From the NCBI GenBank assembly GCA_047284725.1, contig JBJBEO010000001.1, positions 224,001 through 288,000 of the forward strand: DNA of 64,000 bases. The letters run 5' to 3'. This document shows, piece by piece, positions 1-8,799 of this stretch. The position numbers were made by a program, and so were the translations under genes. Below the pieces are notes generated by a model. It was not told the DNA's origin, made no database searches, and saw nothing but the letters and a program-made list of their open reading frames with translations. The stretch is from Synechococcus sp. (GTDB lineage: Bacteria; Cyanobacteriota; Cyanobacteriia; PCC-6307; Cyanobiaceae). Each line of letters begins with the position of its first letter. Position 1 is the first letter of the stretch.

Positions 1-687
1 GTAGCCGGCTCCATAGACCGTCTTGATGAAGCGAGGCTTGCGGGGATCGGGTTCGAGTTTGGTGCGCAGGTGGCGGACGTGCACCCGGATGGTTTCGATG
101 TCGTCGTCGGGTTCGTAGCCCCAGACCTCCTTGAGGATGAGCGACGGCGCCACGGTCTGACCGTGGCGCTGGAGCAGGCAGTGAAGAAGCTCGAATTCCA
201 GGTGGGTGAGACGAACCGGAGTGTCGAACCAGATCGCTTCAAAACGCTCGGGCACCAAGGTGAGCGGCCCGTAGCTGAGGATTTCGTTGTGGTTGGCGGT
301 TCCCACCGGCGCCCTGTCGCTGCGACGCAGCAGTGCTTTGACCCGAACCTGCAGCTCTTCGAGGTCGAAAGGTTTGGTGAGATAGTCGTCGGCCCCCGAG
401 TTGAAGCCGCTCACCTTGTCTTTGGTGCCCCCCAGGGCCGTGAGCATCAGGATTGGGATCGCTGATGTGCGTTCATCGCGGCGCAGGCGCTGGCAGAGGG
501 TGAGGCCGTCGACCTTGGGCAGCATCAGATCGAGAAGAATCAGATCCGGTGTGTATTGCAGCGCAAGAGCCTGGCCCTTGATGCCGTCATCAGCGCGCTG
601 AACATCGAAGCCACCGTGTTCCAGGTGGCCTGCCACCAGCTCACGCATGTCGCTGTCGTCTTCGATTAGGAGAATGCAGGGCTTCAT
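1..687 (-). CDS. rpaA: OmpR-family response regulator RpaA (3' end runs off the window)
   Basis: Manual translation of the minus strand from ATG at 687: [23 protein letters not shown]...[27 protein letters not shown]...[33 protein letters not shown]. Receiver plus winged-helix domains typical of cyanobacterial RpaA. Absent from the ORF track because the stop lies outside the window. Confidence 0.9.
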   Translation of the reverse strand, partial: MKPCILLIEDDSDMRELVAGHLEHGGFDVQRADDGIKGQALALQYTPDLILLDLMLPKVDGLTLCQRLRRDERTSAIPILMLTALGGTKDKVSGFNSGADDYLTKPFDLEELQVRVKALLRRSDRAPVGTANHNEILSYGPLTLVPERFEAIWFDTPVRLTHLEFELLHCLLQRHGQTVAPSLILKEVWGYEPDDDIETIRVHVRHLRTKLEPDPRKPRFIKTVYGAGY

Positions 688-968
688 CGGAGCGAGCGAG
701 CAGTGAACAAAGAAAGGCCTTGAATGAGAAAAAGGTGAATCATTCGGATTCTCACAAGATTTGTAGGGGATCTGACGTGGTTCTGCATGCCCTTGCGCTG
801 TGCGGTAACAAGCGCCAATCCCTTCCCGTCACAGCGATTTTCTTGCCAGACCCTGTTTGTCGCGCGCCGGTGTTTTCAGGAAATCTTCGGATTCCGGGCC
901 GGTTTGTAACGGATTCGACCGACAGGGCAAGGCTTCTCTGGGCGCGGATGGGTGATCGACCTGCCATC

Positions 969-995
969 AAAAAACCACAGCACAGGGCTGTGGTT
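969..995 (-). terminator. Intrinsic terminator downstream of tRNA-Asn
   Basis: Minus strand AACCACAGC-cctgt-GCTGTGGTT followed by a T-run. Confidence 0.7.
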
Positions 996-1006
996 GAAAT
1001 CCAAAA

Positions 1007-1078
1007 CTCCCCGGGCGGGATTCGAACCTGCGACCAATCGATTAACAGTCGACCGCTCTACCGCTGAGCTACCGAGGA
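1007..1078 (-). tRNA. tRNA-Asn (GTT)
   Basis: Reverse complement TCCTCGGTAGCTCAGCGGTAGAGCGGTCGACTGTTAATCGATTGGTCGCAGGTTCGAATCCCGCCCGGGGAG. Cloverleaf with GTT anticodon and TTCGAAT T-loop. Confidence 0.97.
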
Positions 1079-1113
1079 ATGGCCCGACGAATCGGACCCG
1101 AAGAACTTAACCC

Positions 1114-1803
1114 TCAGCCCCTCCGCCCTGCAAGCGGTTGAAGTTGCCGGCGCAGTGTTTCGCCGTTTGTCCAGGGGGAGATGCGCCCCTTTTCCATGCG
1201 CGCGGCCCCATCGGCATGGGTGAGCTCGTCGAGCCGATGGGTGACCCAGAGGGCCGTGAGAGGGTGTTTGGAGCGATGGCAGAGTTGCTGCACAGCGGCC
1301 AAAACGGTTTGCTGGCTGCCAGGGTCCAGAAGGGCTGTGGGTTCATCGAGCAGAAGCAGGGTTGCCTCGCTGGCAAGGGCGCCGGCGATCGCTAGCCGTT
1401 GCTTCTGCCCGCCGCTCAGGGTGTGGATGGGTCGCGACGCCATCCCGGCAAGACCGACCTGCTCCAGCAGGTGCCTGATCCGCGTCTCCCGTTCGTCGCG
1501 GTTGAGATGGCGGGGCAGGTTGAGCAGCAGCTCGCTGCCGCAGCTGGGCAGCAGCAGCTGATGGTCTGGGTTCTGGAACACCAGGGCCGGCCGCAAATGG
1601 CAGGAAATCTGACCCGACTGGGGCTGAATCAACCCACCGATGGTTCGGAACAGCGTGCTTTTGCCGCTGCCATTGCTGCCCACGAGCATCCACAGTCCGG
1701 GTCCGGGGATGGAGAAACTGCATTGGTTGAGTGCGCGCGTGCCGCAGGGCCAGCAAACGCTGACCCGGTCGAATTGCAGGCCCGGTGCAGAGGGGTCAGC
1801 CAT
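1114..1803 (-). CDS. ABC transporter ATP-binding protein (ECF/CbiO-like)
   Basis: Walker [10 protein letters not shown]-loop VFQNPD, signature LSGGQKQR, Walker B LLLLDEPT. Start placed at the ATG at 1803. Confidence 0.85.
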   Translation of the reverse strand: MADPSAPGLQFDRVSVCWPCGTRALNQCSFSIPGPGLWMLVGSNGSGKSTLFRTIGGLIQPQSGQISCHLRPALVFQNPDHQLLLPSCGSELLLNLPRHLNRDERETRIRHLLEQVGLAGMASRPIHTLSGGQKQRLAIAGALASEATLLLLDEPTALLDPGSQQTVLAAVQQLCHRSKHPLTALWVTHRLDELTHADGAARMEKGRISPWTNGETLRRQLQPLAGRRG

Positions 1804-2059
1804 CAAAGGCGAAGCCAGGTCGCTTGCTGCCACCACCACCAGCGACTTTTTCGTAGATCTGAACCGCCAGGATCTCGCTGGTCAGCACGCTGACCCGCTT
1901 GCCTTCCATTTTTTCGCAGGTGAGTTCCAGCAGACGTGGCTGGCCCTGTTCGATGGCTTGGCGAACCTGTTGATACAGCTGTTCAGCGTCAGCGTTGTCC
2001 TTGCGCTGCACCGACACCGGCATCGGGCTCATCTTGATGGCCAATTCAACGATGGTCAC
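1796..2059 (-). CDS. Conserved cyanobacterial small protein (UPF0367-like)
   Basis: 87-aa ORF ([10 protein letters not shown]...LLELTCEK...GGGSKRPGF) overlapping the ABC ATPase start, consistent with an operon. Confidence 0.75.
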   Translation of the reverse strand: MTIVELAIKMSPMPVSVQRKDNADAEQLYQQVRQAIEQGQPRLLELTCEKMEGKRVSVLTSEILAVQIYEKVAGGGGSKRPGFAFDG

Positions 2060-2226
2060 TGTGAGGATGCTGCGAACGGCCGCATTCTCGCGAAAGTTGA
2101 CCTCGCCTGAAGTGATGCAGCCTGGTAGGTATTTCCACTCATCAACGGACGGCTTGGTTGGGACGCTCCCCCAGAACGTCTTGTGCCCACTAGGCTCGTC
2201 ACGTAAAGCTTCATGAAGCTCGCCTC

Positions 2227-3282
2227 ATGACGATCGCTGTAGGACGCGCGCCTCAGCGGGGATGGTTCGACGTCCTCGATGACTGGCTCAAGCGCGACCG
2301 CTTCGTTTTTGTCGGCTGGTCCGGCATCCTTCTGTTCCCAACGGCCTACCTGGCCATCGGTGGCTGGCTCACAGGCACCACCTTTGTCACCTCCTGGTAC
2401 ACCCACGGCATTGCCTCTTCGTACCTGGAAGGTTGCAACTTCCTCACCGCTGCTGTGTCCACCCCCGCTGATGCGATGGGTCACAGCCTCCTTCTGCTCT
2501 GGGGCCCTGAAGCCCAGGGCGACTTCGTTCGCTGGTGTCAGCTCGGCGGCCTCTGGGCCTTCGTGGCCCTGCACGGTGCTTTCGCTCTGATCGGCTTCAT
2601 GCTGCGTCAGTTCGAGATCGCCCGTCTGGTCGGCATCCGCCCCTACAACGCCATCGCCTTCTCCGGTCCGATCGCGGTGTTCGTCAGTGTCTTCCTGATG
2701 TACCCCCTCGGTCAGAGCAGCTGGTTCTTCGCGCCCTCCTTCGGTGTGGCTGCGATCTTCCGCTTCCTCCTCTTCCTTCAGGGCTTCCACAACTGGACCC
2801 TGAATCCCTTCCACATGATGGGCGTCGCCGGCATCCTCGGCGGTGCACTGCTCTGCGCCATTCACGGCGCCACCGTGGAAAACACCCTGTTTGAGGACGG
2901 CGAGCAGGCCAACACCTTTAAGGCGTTCGAGCCCACCCAGGAAGAAGAGACCTATTCGATGGTCACCGCCAACCGCTTCTGGAGTCAGATCTTCGGGATC
3001 GCCTTCTCCAACAAGCGCTGGCTGCACTTCTTCATGCTGTTCGTGCCTGTGATGGGCCTGTGGACCAGCTCCATCGGCATCATCGGCCTGGCCCTCAACC
3101 TGCGCGCCTATGACTTCGTGTCCCAGGAGATCCGCGCTGCAGAAGATCCCGAATTCGAGACCTTCTACACCAAGAACATCCTTCTGAATGAAGGTCTGCG
3201 TGCCTGGATGGCACCGGCTGACCAGCCGCACGAAAACTTCGTCTTCCCTGAAGAGGTTCTGCCCCGCGGCAACGCCCTCTGA
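2227..3282 (+). CDS. psbD: Photosystem II D2 protein (stand-alone copy, not followed by psbC)
   Basis: [33 protein letters not shown]...[10 protein letters not shown], canonical 351-aa D2. Confidence 0.99.
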   Translation: MTIAVGRAPQRGWFDVLDDWLKRDRFVFVGWSGILLFPTAYLAIGGWLTGTTFVTSWYTHGIASSYLEGCNFLTAAVSTPADAMGHSLLLLWGPEAQGDFVRWCQLGGLWAFVALHGAFALIGFMLRQFEIARLVGIRPYNAIAFSGPIAVFVSVFLMYPLGQSSWFFAPSFGVAAIFRFLLFLQGFHNWTLNPFHMMGVAGILGGALLCAIHGATVENTLFEDGEQANTFKAFEPTQEEETYSMVTANRFWSQIFGIAFSNKRWLHFFMLFVPVMGLWTSSIGIIGLALNLRAYDFVSQEIRAAEDPEFETFYTKNILLNEGLRAWMAPADQPHENFVFPEEVLPRGNAL

Positions 3283-3304
3283 TCGGTCATCGACAGAGTT
3301 CATG

Positions 3305-3329
3305 AAAAGGCGCCTCAGGGCGCCTTTTT
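3305..3329. terminator. Bidirectional intrinsic terminator between psbD and the convergent gene
   Basis: AAAAGGCGCC-tcag-GGCGCCTTTTT. Confidence 0.8.
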
Positions 3330-3399
3330 GATGGCAAAGCACCTTGGCGATCGGTGCGATGACGTGCCGCTGCTCATCAAGCGCGCTGTGATCCAAAGG

Positions 3400-4863
3400 T
3401 CAGGTCGTTGTCTGTTCAGGGGCGAGGCACAGCTCAAGGCCCGAGGACCAGCGCTGGCACAACCAGTCGCTGCGTTGGGCTTGATCGAGCAGCCGGCGTT
3501 GGACGCCTGCCGTTGAGCCCCAGCCGGGATCGTTGGGGTTGAGCAACAGCACGGAGAAGCGGTCTCTGGGTAGGGGACGATCGAAGCTCTTCTTCGGAAA
3601 AGCCACCGTTCTGCGCTGGCTCAGGTGGGGCACGAGGTAGCTGGTGGTGAGCACCGTATCGCTGGTTCGGATGCGGCTGATGGCAGCATCCACATCGCTT
3701 CGCCAGGCCAGGCGTTGCAGATAGGGACCGGTGAAAAACCAGGGTTTGGCCAGTGCCAGCCAGCAAAGGATGGTCCAGCCGAGCAGCCAGGCTCGTGGGC
3801 GCCGTCCAAGCGGGTGGCCGCGTTCTCGATCGGCGCAGAGCCCATCGATGGCGGCGGTCACCGCCACCACGGCAAGCGGCAGGCTGTAGTGGTGGATCAG
3901 GGTGCGGTAGCTCGGAGACGCTGAGAGCAGGTTCACCAGGACCAGCGGCAGGCCGATCAGCAGCACCGGCAGGGAGCGGCGTCTCCAGAACAGGCCACAG
4001 GGCAGGCAGAGCAGCACGAGGTACACCGCACCACCGGGCCAGTCGATCGCGCCCAGTGCCGCGTTCAGTCCACCGCTGAGGTGGCCGAACATGCGCCCTG
4101 CGGCCTTCGGCCCTTCCCCATCGCGGAGCCAGGGATAGAGCCAGCGCGTCAACAGCAACAGCCATCCTGCAGACAGCGCTGCGGCCGCGGCACTCCAGCG
4201 CCACCGGCGGCGCCAGGCCAGGTCGAGGGCGATCCCGGCGGTGATCAAGACAAGACCATCGCGGCAACTGAGCATCACCACCAGCAAGGTCAGCCAGAGC
4301 CGAGGCTTGCCTGCACGCTCAGCCCAGAGGGCCAGGGCGAAGGCGGGCATCACCCACACCTCCGGATGCATGTCGAACAGATTGCTGTTGAACACCACGG
4401 GCTGAAGCCACCACAGCAGGCACACCAGCCAGCAGATCTGACGGGAGAGTTGTGCCTGGGTCGCCAGCAGCCACAGCGGCAGAGCGGTGAGGCTGAGCAT
4501 CAGCGCCTGCGAGGCCAGCAACCACTGCACGGAGGGGGTGAGGGCATACAGCCCTCCGGCGGCATAGAAGCCCCAGGCCCCATGGTCTGCCAGCAGATGA
4601 ACGTTCTCCATCGAGGAGATTGGTGGCAGCCCCTGGCTGATCAGCCAGGCCCATTGGTCAAACAATCCAAGGTCGTAGGCGTTGCTCTGCAGCCAGTGAT
4701 GGCGCAGGGCGGCCAGGCCCCAGCCGATACAGGAGACCAGCAGGCTGAGACCCCACAGTTGGCTTGGAATCGGCAGGGGTGCCTGCCGTTGATTGCCGGT
4801 CTGACCGTGGTGTGGTGTCCAGGTCATGGTGTCTCCGCTTGCGTTGACGGGGGGCAGTGCCAC
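3400..4863 (-). CDS. DUF2079-like polytopic membrane protein (probable GT-C glycosyltransferase)
   Basis: SNAYDLGLFDQ...HLLADH...FDMHPE...HYSLP motifs, many TM segments and a C-terminal soluble domain. Confidence 0.75.
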   Translation of the reverse strand: MALPPVNASGDTMTWTPHHGQTGNQRQAPLPIPSQLWGLSLLVSCIGWGLAALRHHWLQSNAYDLGLFDQWAWLISQGLPPISSMENVHLLADHGAWGFYAAGGLYALTPSVQWLLASQALMLSLTALPLWLLATQAQLSRQICWLVCLLWWLQPVVFNSNLFDMHPEVWVMPAFALALWAERAGKPRLWLTLLVVMLSCRDGLVLITAGIALDLAWRRRWRWSAAAAALSAGWLLLLTRWLYPWLRDGEGPKAAGRMFGHLSGGLNAALGAIDWPGGAVYLVLLCLPCGLFWRRRSLPVLLIGLPLVLVNLLSASPSYRTLIHHYSLPLAVVAVTAAIDGLCADRERGHPLGRRPRAWLLGWTILCWLALAKPWFFTGPYLQRLAWRSDVDAAISRIRTSDTVLTTSYLVPHLSQRRTVAFPKKSFDRPLPRDRFSVLLLNPNDPGWGSTAGVQRRLLDQAQRSDWLCQRWSSGLELCLAPEQTTT

Positions 4864-6476
4864 AGCCCCCAGGACGAGCTCTCATGAGGAGTGTCTGGCA
4901 CCGGGGAGCAGCGGTTGGGTGGTTTGCGGCTCACCACCCAGTGCTCGCCGTCGGGGCGGGTCTTGGCGGGCAGCAGTTCTCGGCCCCCATACCAACCGAG
5001 GGAAGGTCTGGTGGGCCCCTTGAGCACGATGGTGGCGTCAGCGGGTAGCCGGCGGATGGCGGCGGCCACCGGGCGGGGATCCCAGCTTTCATTCAATTCC
5101 CACAGCCAGAGCTGGCTGTGCCAGAGGGCCAGCAGCGCAACACTCCAGCCCAGCAGCAACGTGATCAGCCCGCGTTGCCGCTGCTGCCGTTGTGGCTGCA
5201 GCAACTGAATCCCTCCCGCCAGCAGGCCTGCACCTGCCAACACCAGGGAGGCCCAGGGCCATGCAAGGGTCGTTCCCATGAGCATGAGCGGCACCGCTGT
5301 CAGCAGCAGTGCGGCCCCCAGCAAGGCCCAGATCCTGCTCACCCAGCGAGGGTGGCCGCTGGTGAGCACTTGGCTGAGGCCGTCGGCGCAGACCAAGGCG
5401 ATCGCCGGCCAGAGCAGGTGGCTGTACCAGGGCAGTTGGGTGCGCAGGGGCAGCACCAGAACGGAACTTCCCAGCAACAGCCCGATCGACCAGCGCCCCG
5501 CACTTTGATGGCGTTGCCGCCAGGCCTGGTGCAGACCCACCGGTAGAAGCAGCAGCCAGGGCCAGCCTCCCTCGATCACTTCGGTGATCGGCATCACCCA
5601 GGCGCCGCTGCTGTCGCCCACCACCTCGGTGATGCGGCCGAGGCCTTGCCCGCCCCACATCAGCCAGGCGTCACGGCCGCGCTCATGCCAGTGCCACAGG
5701 TGCCAGGCCAGGCCAGGGCTCAAGCCGAGGCCGAGCCAGGCCAGGCTTCTGGATGACCAGTGGCCGTCCCTTCGGTCCCACAGGCTGATGGCGGCGGTGA
5801 TCAAGGCAAATCCCAGCAAGGCCGGTGGCTTGAGCAGGAGAATGCCACTGGCCCCCAGGCCGGCCAGCAGCCCATGCCAAGGGTGGTGTCTGCTGCTCAG
5901 CCAGCCGGTCCAGAGCAGCAGCACGGCCGTCACCAGGCTGCCGTCGAGCATGGCGAGACGGCCGTGGCGGGCCATCGGCAGCAGGGTGGCGAGGATCAGT
6001 GCAGCCAGGACGGCGCTGTTGCCTTGGTTCTGTCCCCCCAGCTGACGCCGCAGCAGCAGAATCAGTGGCACCGCCAGGCTGGCGATCAGGCAAGGGAGCA
6101 GCCGCACCACCCACTCCTGTTCGCCGCCGAGGTGGATGGCGCCGCCGATCAGCCAGTGCAGGCCAGGGGGTTTGTTGAGGTACGCCTCATCCCATTTGAA
6201 GGCCAGCAGTCCATCGAGCAGGGAGCTGTCGAGTCCAGTGCCGCCGGGCTGCCCAGGCATCCATGGCGATCGCGCAACGGTGGACCGGGCCACGGTGGCG
6301 ACGCGCCCTTCGTCCCAGTCCCGCAGAGGCAGATTCCCCAGTCCCGGCAACCACAACACGAGGGTGAAGATCCACAGCAGCACAGGCCTTGCGAGTCCGT
6401 TAAGGTTCAAAGGTCCAGATCGCAGTGATGTGAAGGCATCTTCGGCCGTCCGCGGCCAGGTTGACTTCGAAGGCAT
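4824..6476 (-). CDS. ArnT/PMT-like glycosyltransferase (GT39/GT83, GT-C fold)
   Basis: LRDWDEG...YLNKPPGLHWL...VVRLLP...RLAMLD...LLKPP motifs and multiple TM helices. Start uncertain. Confidence 0.82.
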   Translation of the reverse strand: MPSKSTWPRTAEDAFTSLRSGPLNLNGLARPVLLWIFTLVLWLPGLGNLPLRDWDEGRVATVARSTVARSPWMPGQPGGTGLDSSLLDGLLAFKWDEAYLNKPPGLHWLIGGAIHLGGEQEWVVRLLPCLIASLAVPLILLLRRQLGGQNQGNSAVLAALILATLLPMARHGRLAMLDGSLVTAVLLLWTGWLSSRHHPWHGLLAGLGASGILLLKPPALLGFALITAAISLWDRRDGHWSSRSLAWLGLGLSPGLAWHLWHWHERGRDAWLMWGGQGLGRITEVVGDSSGAWVMPITEVIEGGWPWLLLLPVGLHQAWRQRHQSAGRWSIGLLLGSSVLVLPLRTQLPWYSHLLWPAIALVCADGLSQVLTSGHPRWVSRIWALLGAALLLTAVPLMLMGTTLAWPWASLVLAGAGLLAGGIQLLQPQRQQRQRGLITLLLGWSVALLALWHSQLWLWELNESWDPRPVAAAIRRLPADATIVLKGPTRPSLGWYGGRELLPAKTRPDGEHWVVSRKPPNRCSPVPDTPHESSSWGLWHCPPSTQAETP

Positions 6477-6763
6477 CGCCGGCGATCACTGATCCATCCG
6501 GGAGGAGGTGTCCATGAGTTCCAGTTCTTTGATGCAGGGTCTGCTGATCGCGGAGAACGCCGGCTGACGGCACTTCTTTGACTGATCAATCGGTTCCGCG
6601 CCAGAGCGGACCCGGCGAGAGCCCCCGGCCGGTTTCCGGTCGGGGGCATCGTTTTGTTCGTGATCACCCAGGAGATGGACACCTTCGTGGTTGGCCGACT
6701 GTGCAATCGGAAGGCAAGCCCATAAGTTGTGATCGGGTTAACACCCAAAATCCCTCAAATTTG

Positions 6764-6772
6764 GTGTGAGGA
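6764..6772 (+). promoter_or_regulatory. Putative Yfr1 sRNA target site in the porin 5' UTR (GTGTGAGGA)
   Basis: Complementary to the conserved Yfr1 motif ACUCCUCACAC and overlapping the RBS just before ATG 6777. A shorter copy (GTGTGAG) lies before the second porin at 8784-8790. Confidence 0.6.
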
Positions 6773-6776
6773 ATTC

Positions 6777-8591
6777 ATGAAACTCTTCCAGAAGCTTCTG
6801 GTCGCTCCTGCTGCACTGGGCCTGCTGGCTCCTGCAGCGGTGAACGCCAGCGAACTCAACATCGATGGTGTGTCTGACTACGCCGGCTCTGCCGAGCAGG
6901 TCACCAGCATCACCCAGTTCTCCGACGTCTACCCCACCGACTGGGCGTATCAGGCTCTGAGCAACCTGATCGAGCGCTACGGCTGTGTGGCTGGCTACCC
7001 CAACGGCACCTACCGCGGCAACCGTGCGATGACCCGCTTTGAAGCGGCCGCACTGCTGAACGCCTGTCTCGACCGGATCACCGAAGTGACCGACGAGCTG
7101 AAGCGCCTGATGAAGGAGTTCGAGAAGGAACTCGCCATCCTCAAGGGCCGTGTGGACGGTCTGGAAGCCCGCGTGGGTGAGCTGGAAGCCACCCAGTTCT
7201 CCACCACCACCAAGCTGAAGGGCAAAACCACCTTCGTGATTGGTGCCAACACCTTCGGTGGCAACGCGAAGAACACCGTTCTCGATCAGTTCAACTTCCA
7301 GAACCGCGAAATCGGCAAGACTTCTGTTGGCAAGCAGATTATCAAGGACGCTGACGACATGGCCGATGTGGCCAACGAGTACCTCGGCGGCACCACCTTC
7401 AACTACGACCAGCAGCTCGACCTGCTGACCAGCTTCACCGGTAAGGACCTCCTCAAGGTTCGCCTGCGTGCCGGCAACTTCGGCAAGAGTGCTTTCGGCT
7501 TCTCAGCTGACACCGGAATCGTCAATCCTCAAGGCGGCACCTACACCACCGCCTCCGGTCTGGAGGCTGCCTTCCAGGAAAACAATGTCAAGAACAACGT
7601 GGTGATCAACCGCGTGTTCTACCAGTTCCCCTTGGGCAGCAACTTCACCGTCACCGCCGGTGGTCTGGTTCGTCAGGACGACATGCTGGCCGTGTGGCCC
7701 AGTGCTTACCCCTCTGACACCGTCCTCGACTTCTTCACCTACGCCGGTGCTCCCGGTGCCTACAACCTGAACCTCGGTGCAGGTGCTGGTATCTGGTGGC
7801 AGAACGACGGTTGGAGCGTGTCTGCGAACTACGTGTCCGGCAACGGCAACAACTCCAAGCCGTCCGCAAACAGAGATGCCTTCGGCAACGTTGATTACAA
7901 CGCCAACGGCACCCGCAACTGCTCTGACGGCGGTGGTATCGCCACCGATTGTGCTGCCGGCACCGGTACCGTTCAGCTGGCCTATACAGCTGACAACTGG
8001 GGTGTCGCTGCTGCCTACAACTACAGCTCCCAGAACTTCGGCAACCTCTACCAGGGTGTCGCCACTCCTCTGGCTTCCGAAATCGGTGCCCTCGGCAACA
8101 CCAACTCCGTTGGTCTGAGTGCCTACTGGAGTCCTGAAGAGTCCGGTTGGATTCCTTCCATCTCGGCAGGTTGGGGCCTGAACAGCACCTCCGGTTCTGA
8201 CTACGGCAAGTACCTGGGTGTTGATCGCTACGCCAGCTTCATTGGCTACGAATTCAAGTCAGCAACGACCCAGAGCTGGTCTGTTGGTCTCGAGTGGAGC
8301 GACGTCTTCCTGAAGGGCAACAAGGCCGGTATGGCCGTTGGTCAGCAGGGCTTCGTCACTGCCCTTGATCTCTCCGGCGACGATGTTGATGGCTTCAGTT
8401 CCGGTGATGCCGAGGACATCCTGGTCCGTGACGGTCAGTACGCCTGGGAATGGTGGTACATGTTCCAAGTCACCGACAACATCAGCGTCACCCCTGCGCT
8501 CTTCTATCTGAGCCGTCCCCTGGGTGCCGCAACCCAAGACAACAGCTTCAACCAGTTCGGCGGTCTCGTGAAGACCACCTTCAAGTTCTGA
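6777..8591 (+). CDS. som: Som-type outer membrane porin (SLH domain + OprB-like beta-barrel), copy 1
   Basis: Signal peptide MKLFQKLLVAPAALG, SLH motif FSDVYPTDWAYQALSNLIERYGCVAGYPNG, coiled coil, TQFSTTTKL, C-terminal TTFKF. Confidence 0.93.
   Translation: MKLFQKLLVAPAALGLLAPAAVNASELNIDGVSDYAGSAEQVTSITQFSDVYPTDWAYQALSNLIERYGCVAGYPNGTYRGNRAMTRFEAAALLNACLDRITEVTDELKRLMKEFEKELAILKGRVDGLEARVGELEATQFSTTTKLKGKTTFVIGANTFGGNAKNTVLDQFNFQNREIGKTSVGKQIIKDADDMADVANEYLGGTTFNYDQQLDLLTSFTGKDLLKVRLRAGNFGKSAFGFSADTGIVNPQGGTYTTASGLEAAFQENNVKNNVVINRVFYQFPLGSNFTVTAGGLVRQDDMLAVWPSAYPSDTVLDFFTYAGAPGAYNLNLGAGAGIWWQNDGWSVSANYVSGNGNNSKPSANRDAFGNVDYNANGTRNCSDGGGIATDCAAGTGTVQLAYTADNWGVAAAYNYSSQNFGNLYQGVATPLASEIGALGNTNSVGLSAYWSPEESGWIPSISAGWGLNSTSGSDYGKYLGVDRYASFIGYEFKSATTQSWSVGLEWSDVFLKGNKAGMAVGQQGFVTALDLSGDDVDGFSSGDAEDILVRDGQYAWEWWYMFQVTDNISVTPALFYLSRPLGAATQDNSFNQFGGLVKTTFKF
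6894..7238 (+). repeat. Near-identical segment shared by the two porin genes (copy 1; copy 2 at 8932-9276)
   Basis: Offset 2038 bp. I found only 4 differences in 345 bp by eye. The signal-peptide region upstream is also nearly identical. Confidence 0.88.
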
Positions 8592-8645
8592 TCGAAGCAC
8601 CGCTTGGGCTCCACGACGTGGAGCCCAGCCATCCACTCCTCATGG

Positions 8646-8674
8646 ACCCTTCCACTCCGGTGGAAGGGTTTTTT
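8646..8674 (+). terminator. Intrinsic terminator after porin 1
   Basis: ACCCTTCCAC-tccg-GTGGAAGGGT followed by a T-run. Confidence 0.8.
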
Positions 8675-8799
8675 GTTGGCGTCTTAACCAACCCATCAAC
8701 AAGCATTGATCTGTTCTTGTTGTTGTTGAGAACCCTTCTCTGTAAGATCTGTTCGCAGCGCCCTGACGTTGCGTTCTCTTTTGGTGTGAGATCGTCCCA

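Noticed and set aside
906..919. NtcA-like GTA-N8-GAC upstream of rpaA
   Set aside because: Mismatch in the TAC half and no supporting evidence, so likely chance
960..1110. tRNA-Asn as a possible integration site
   Set aside because: No integrase, no duplicated tRNA 3' end, and core genes on both sides
2056..3396. 446-aa minus-strand ORF
   Set aside because: Antisense shadow of psbD, explained by codon bias. No recognisable motifs.
8683..8700. Pho-box-like CTTAACC upstream of porin 2
   Set aside because: Only one good half-site, and no convincing second repeat at 11-bp spacing
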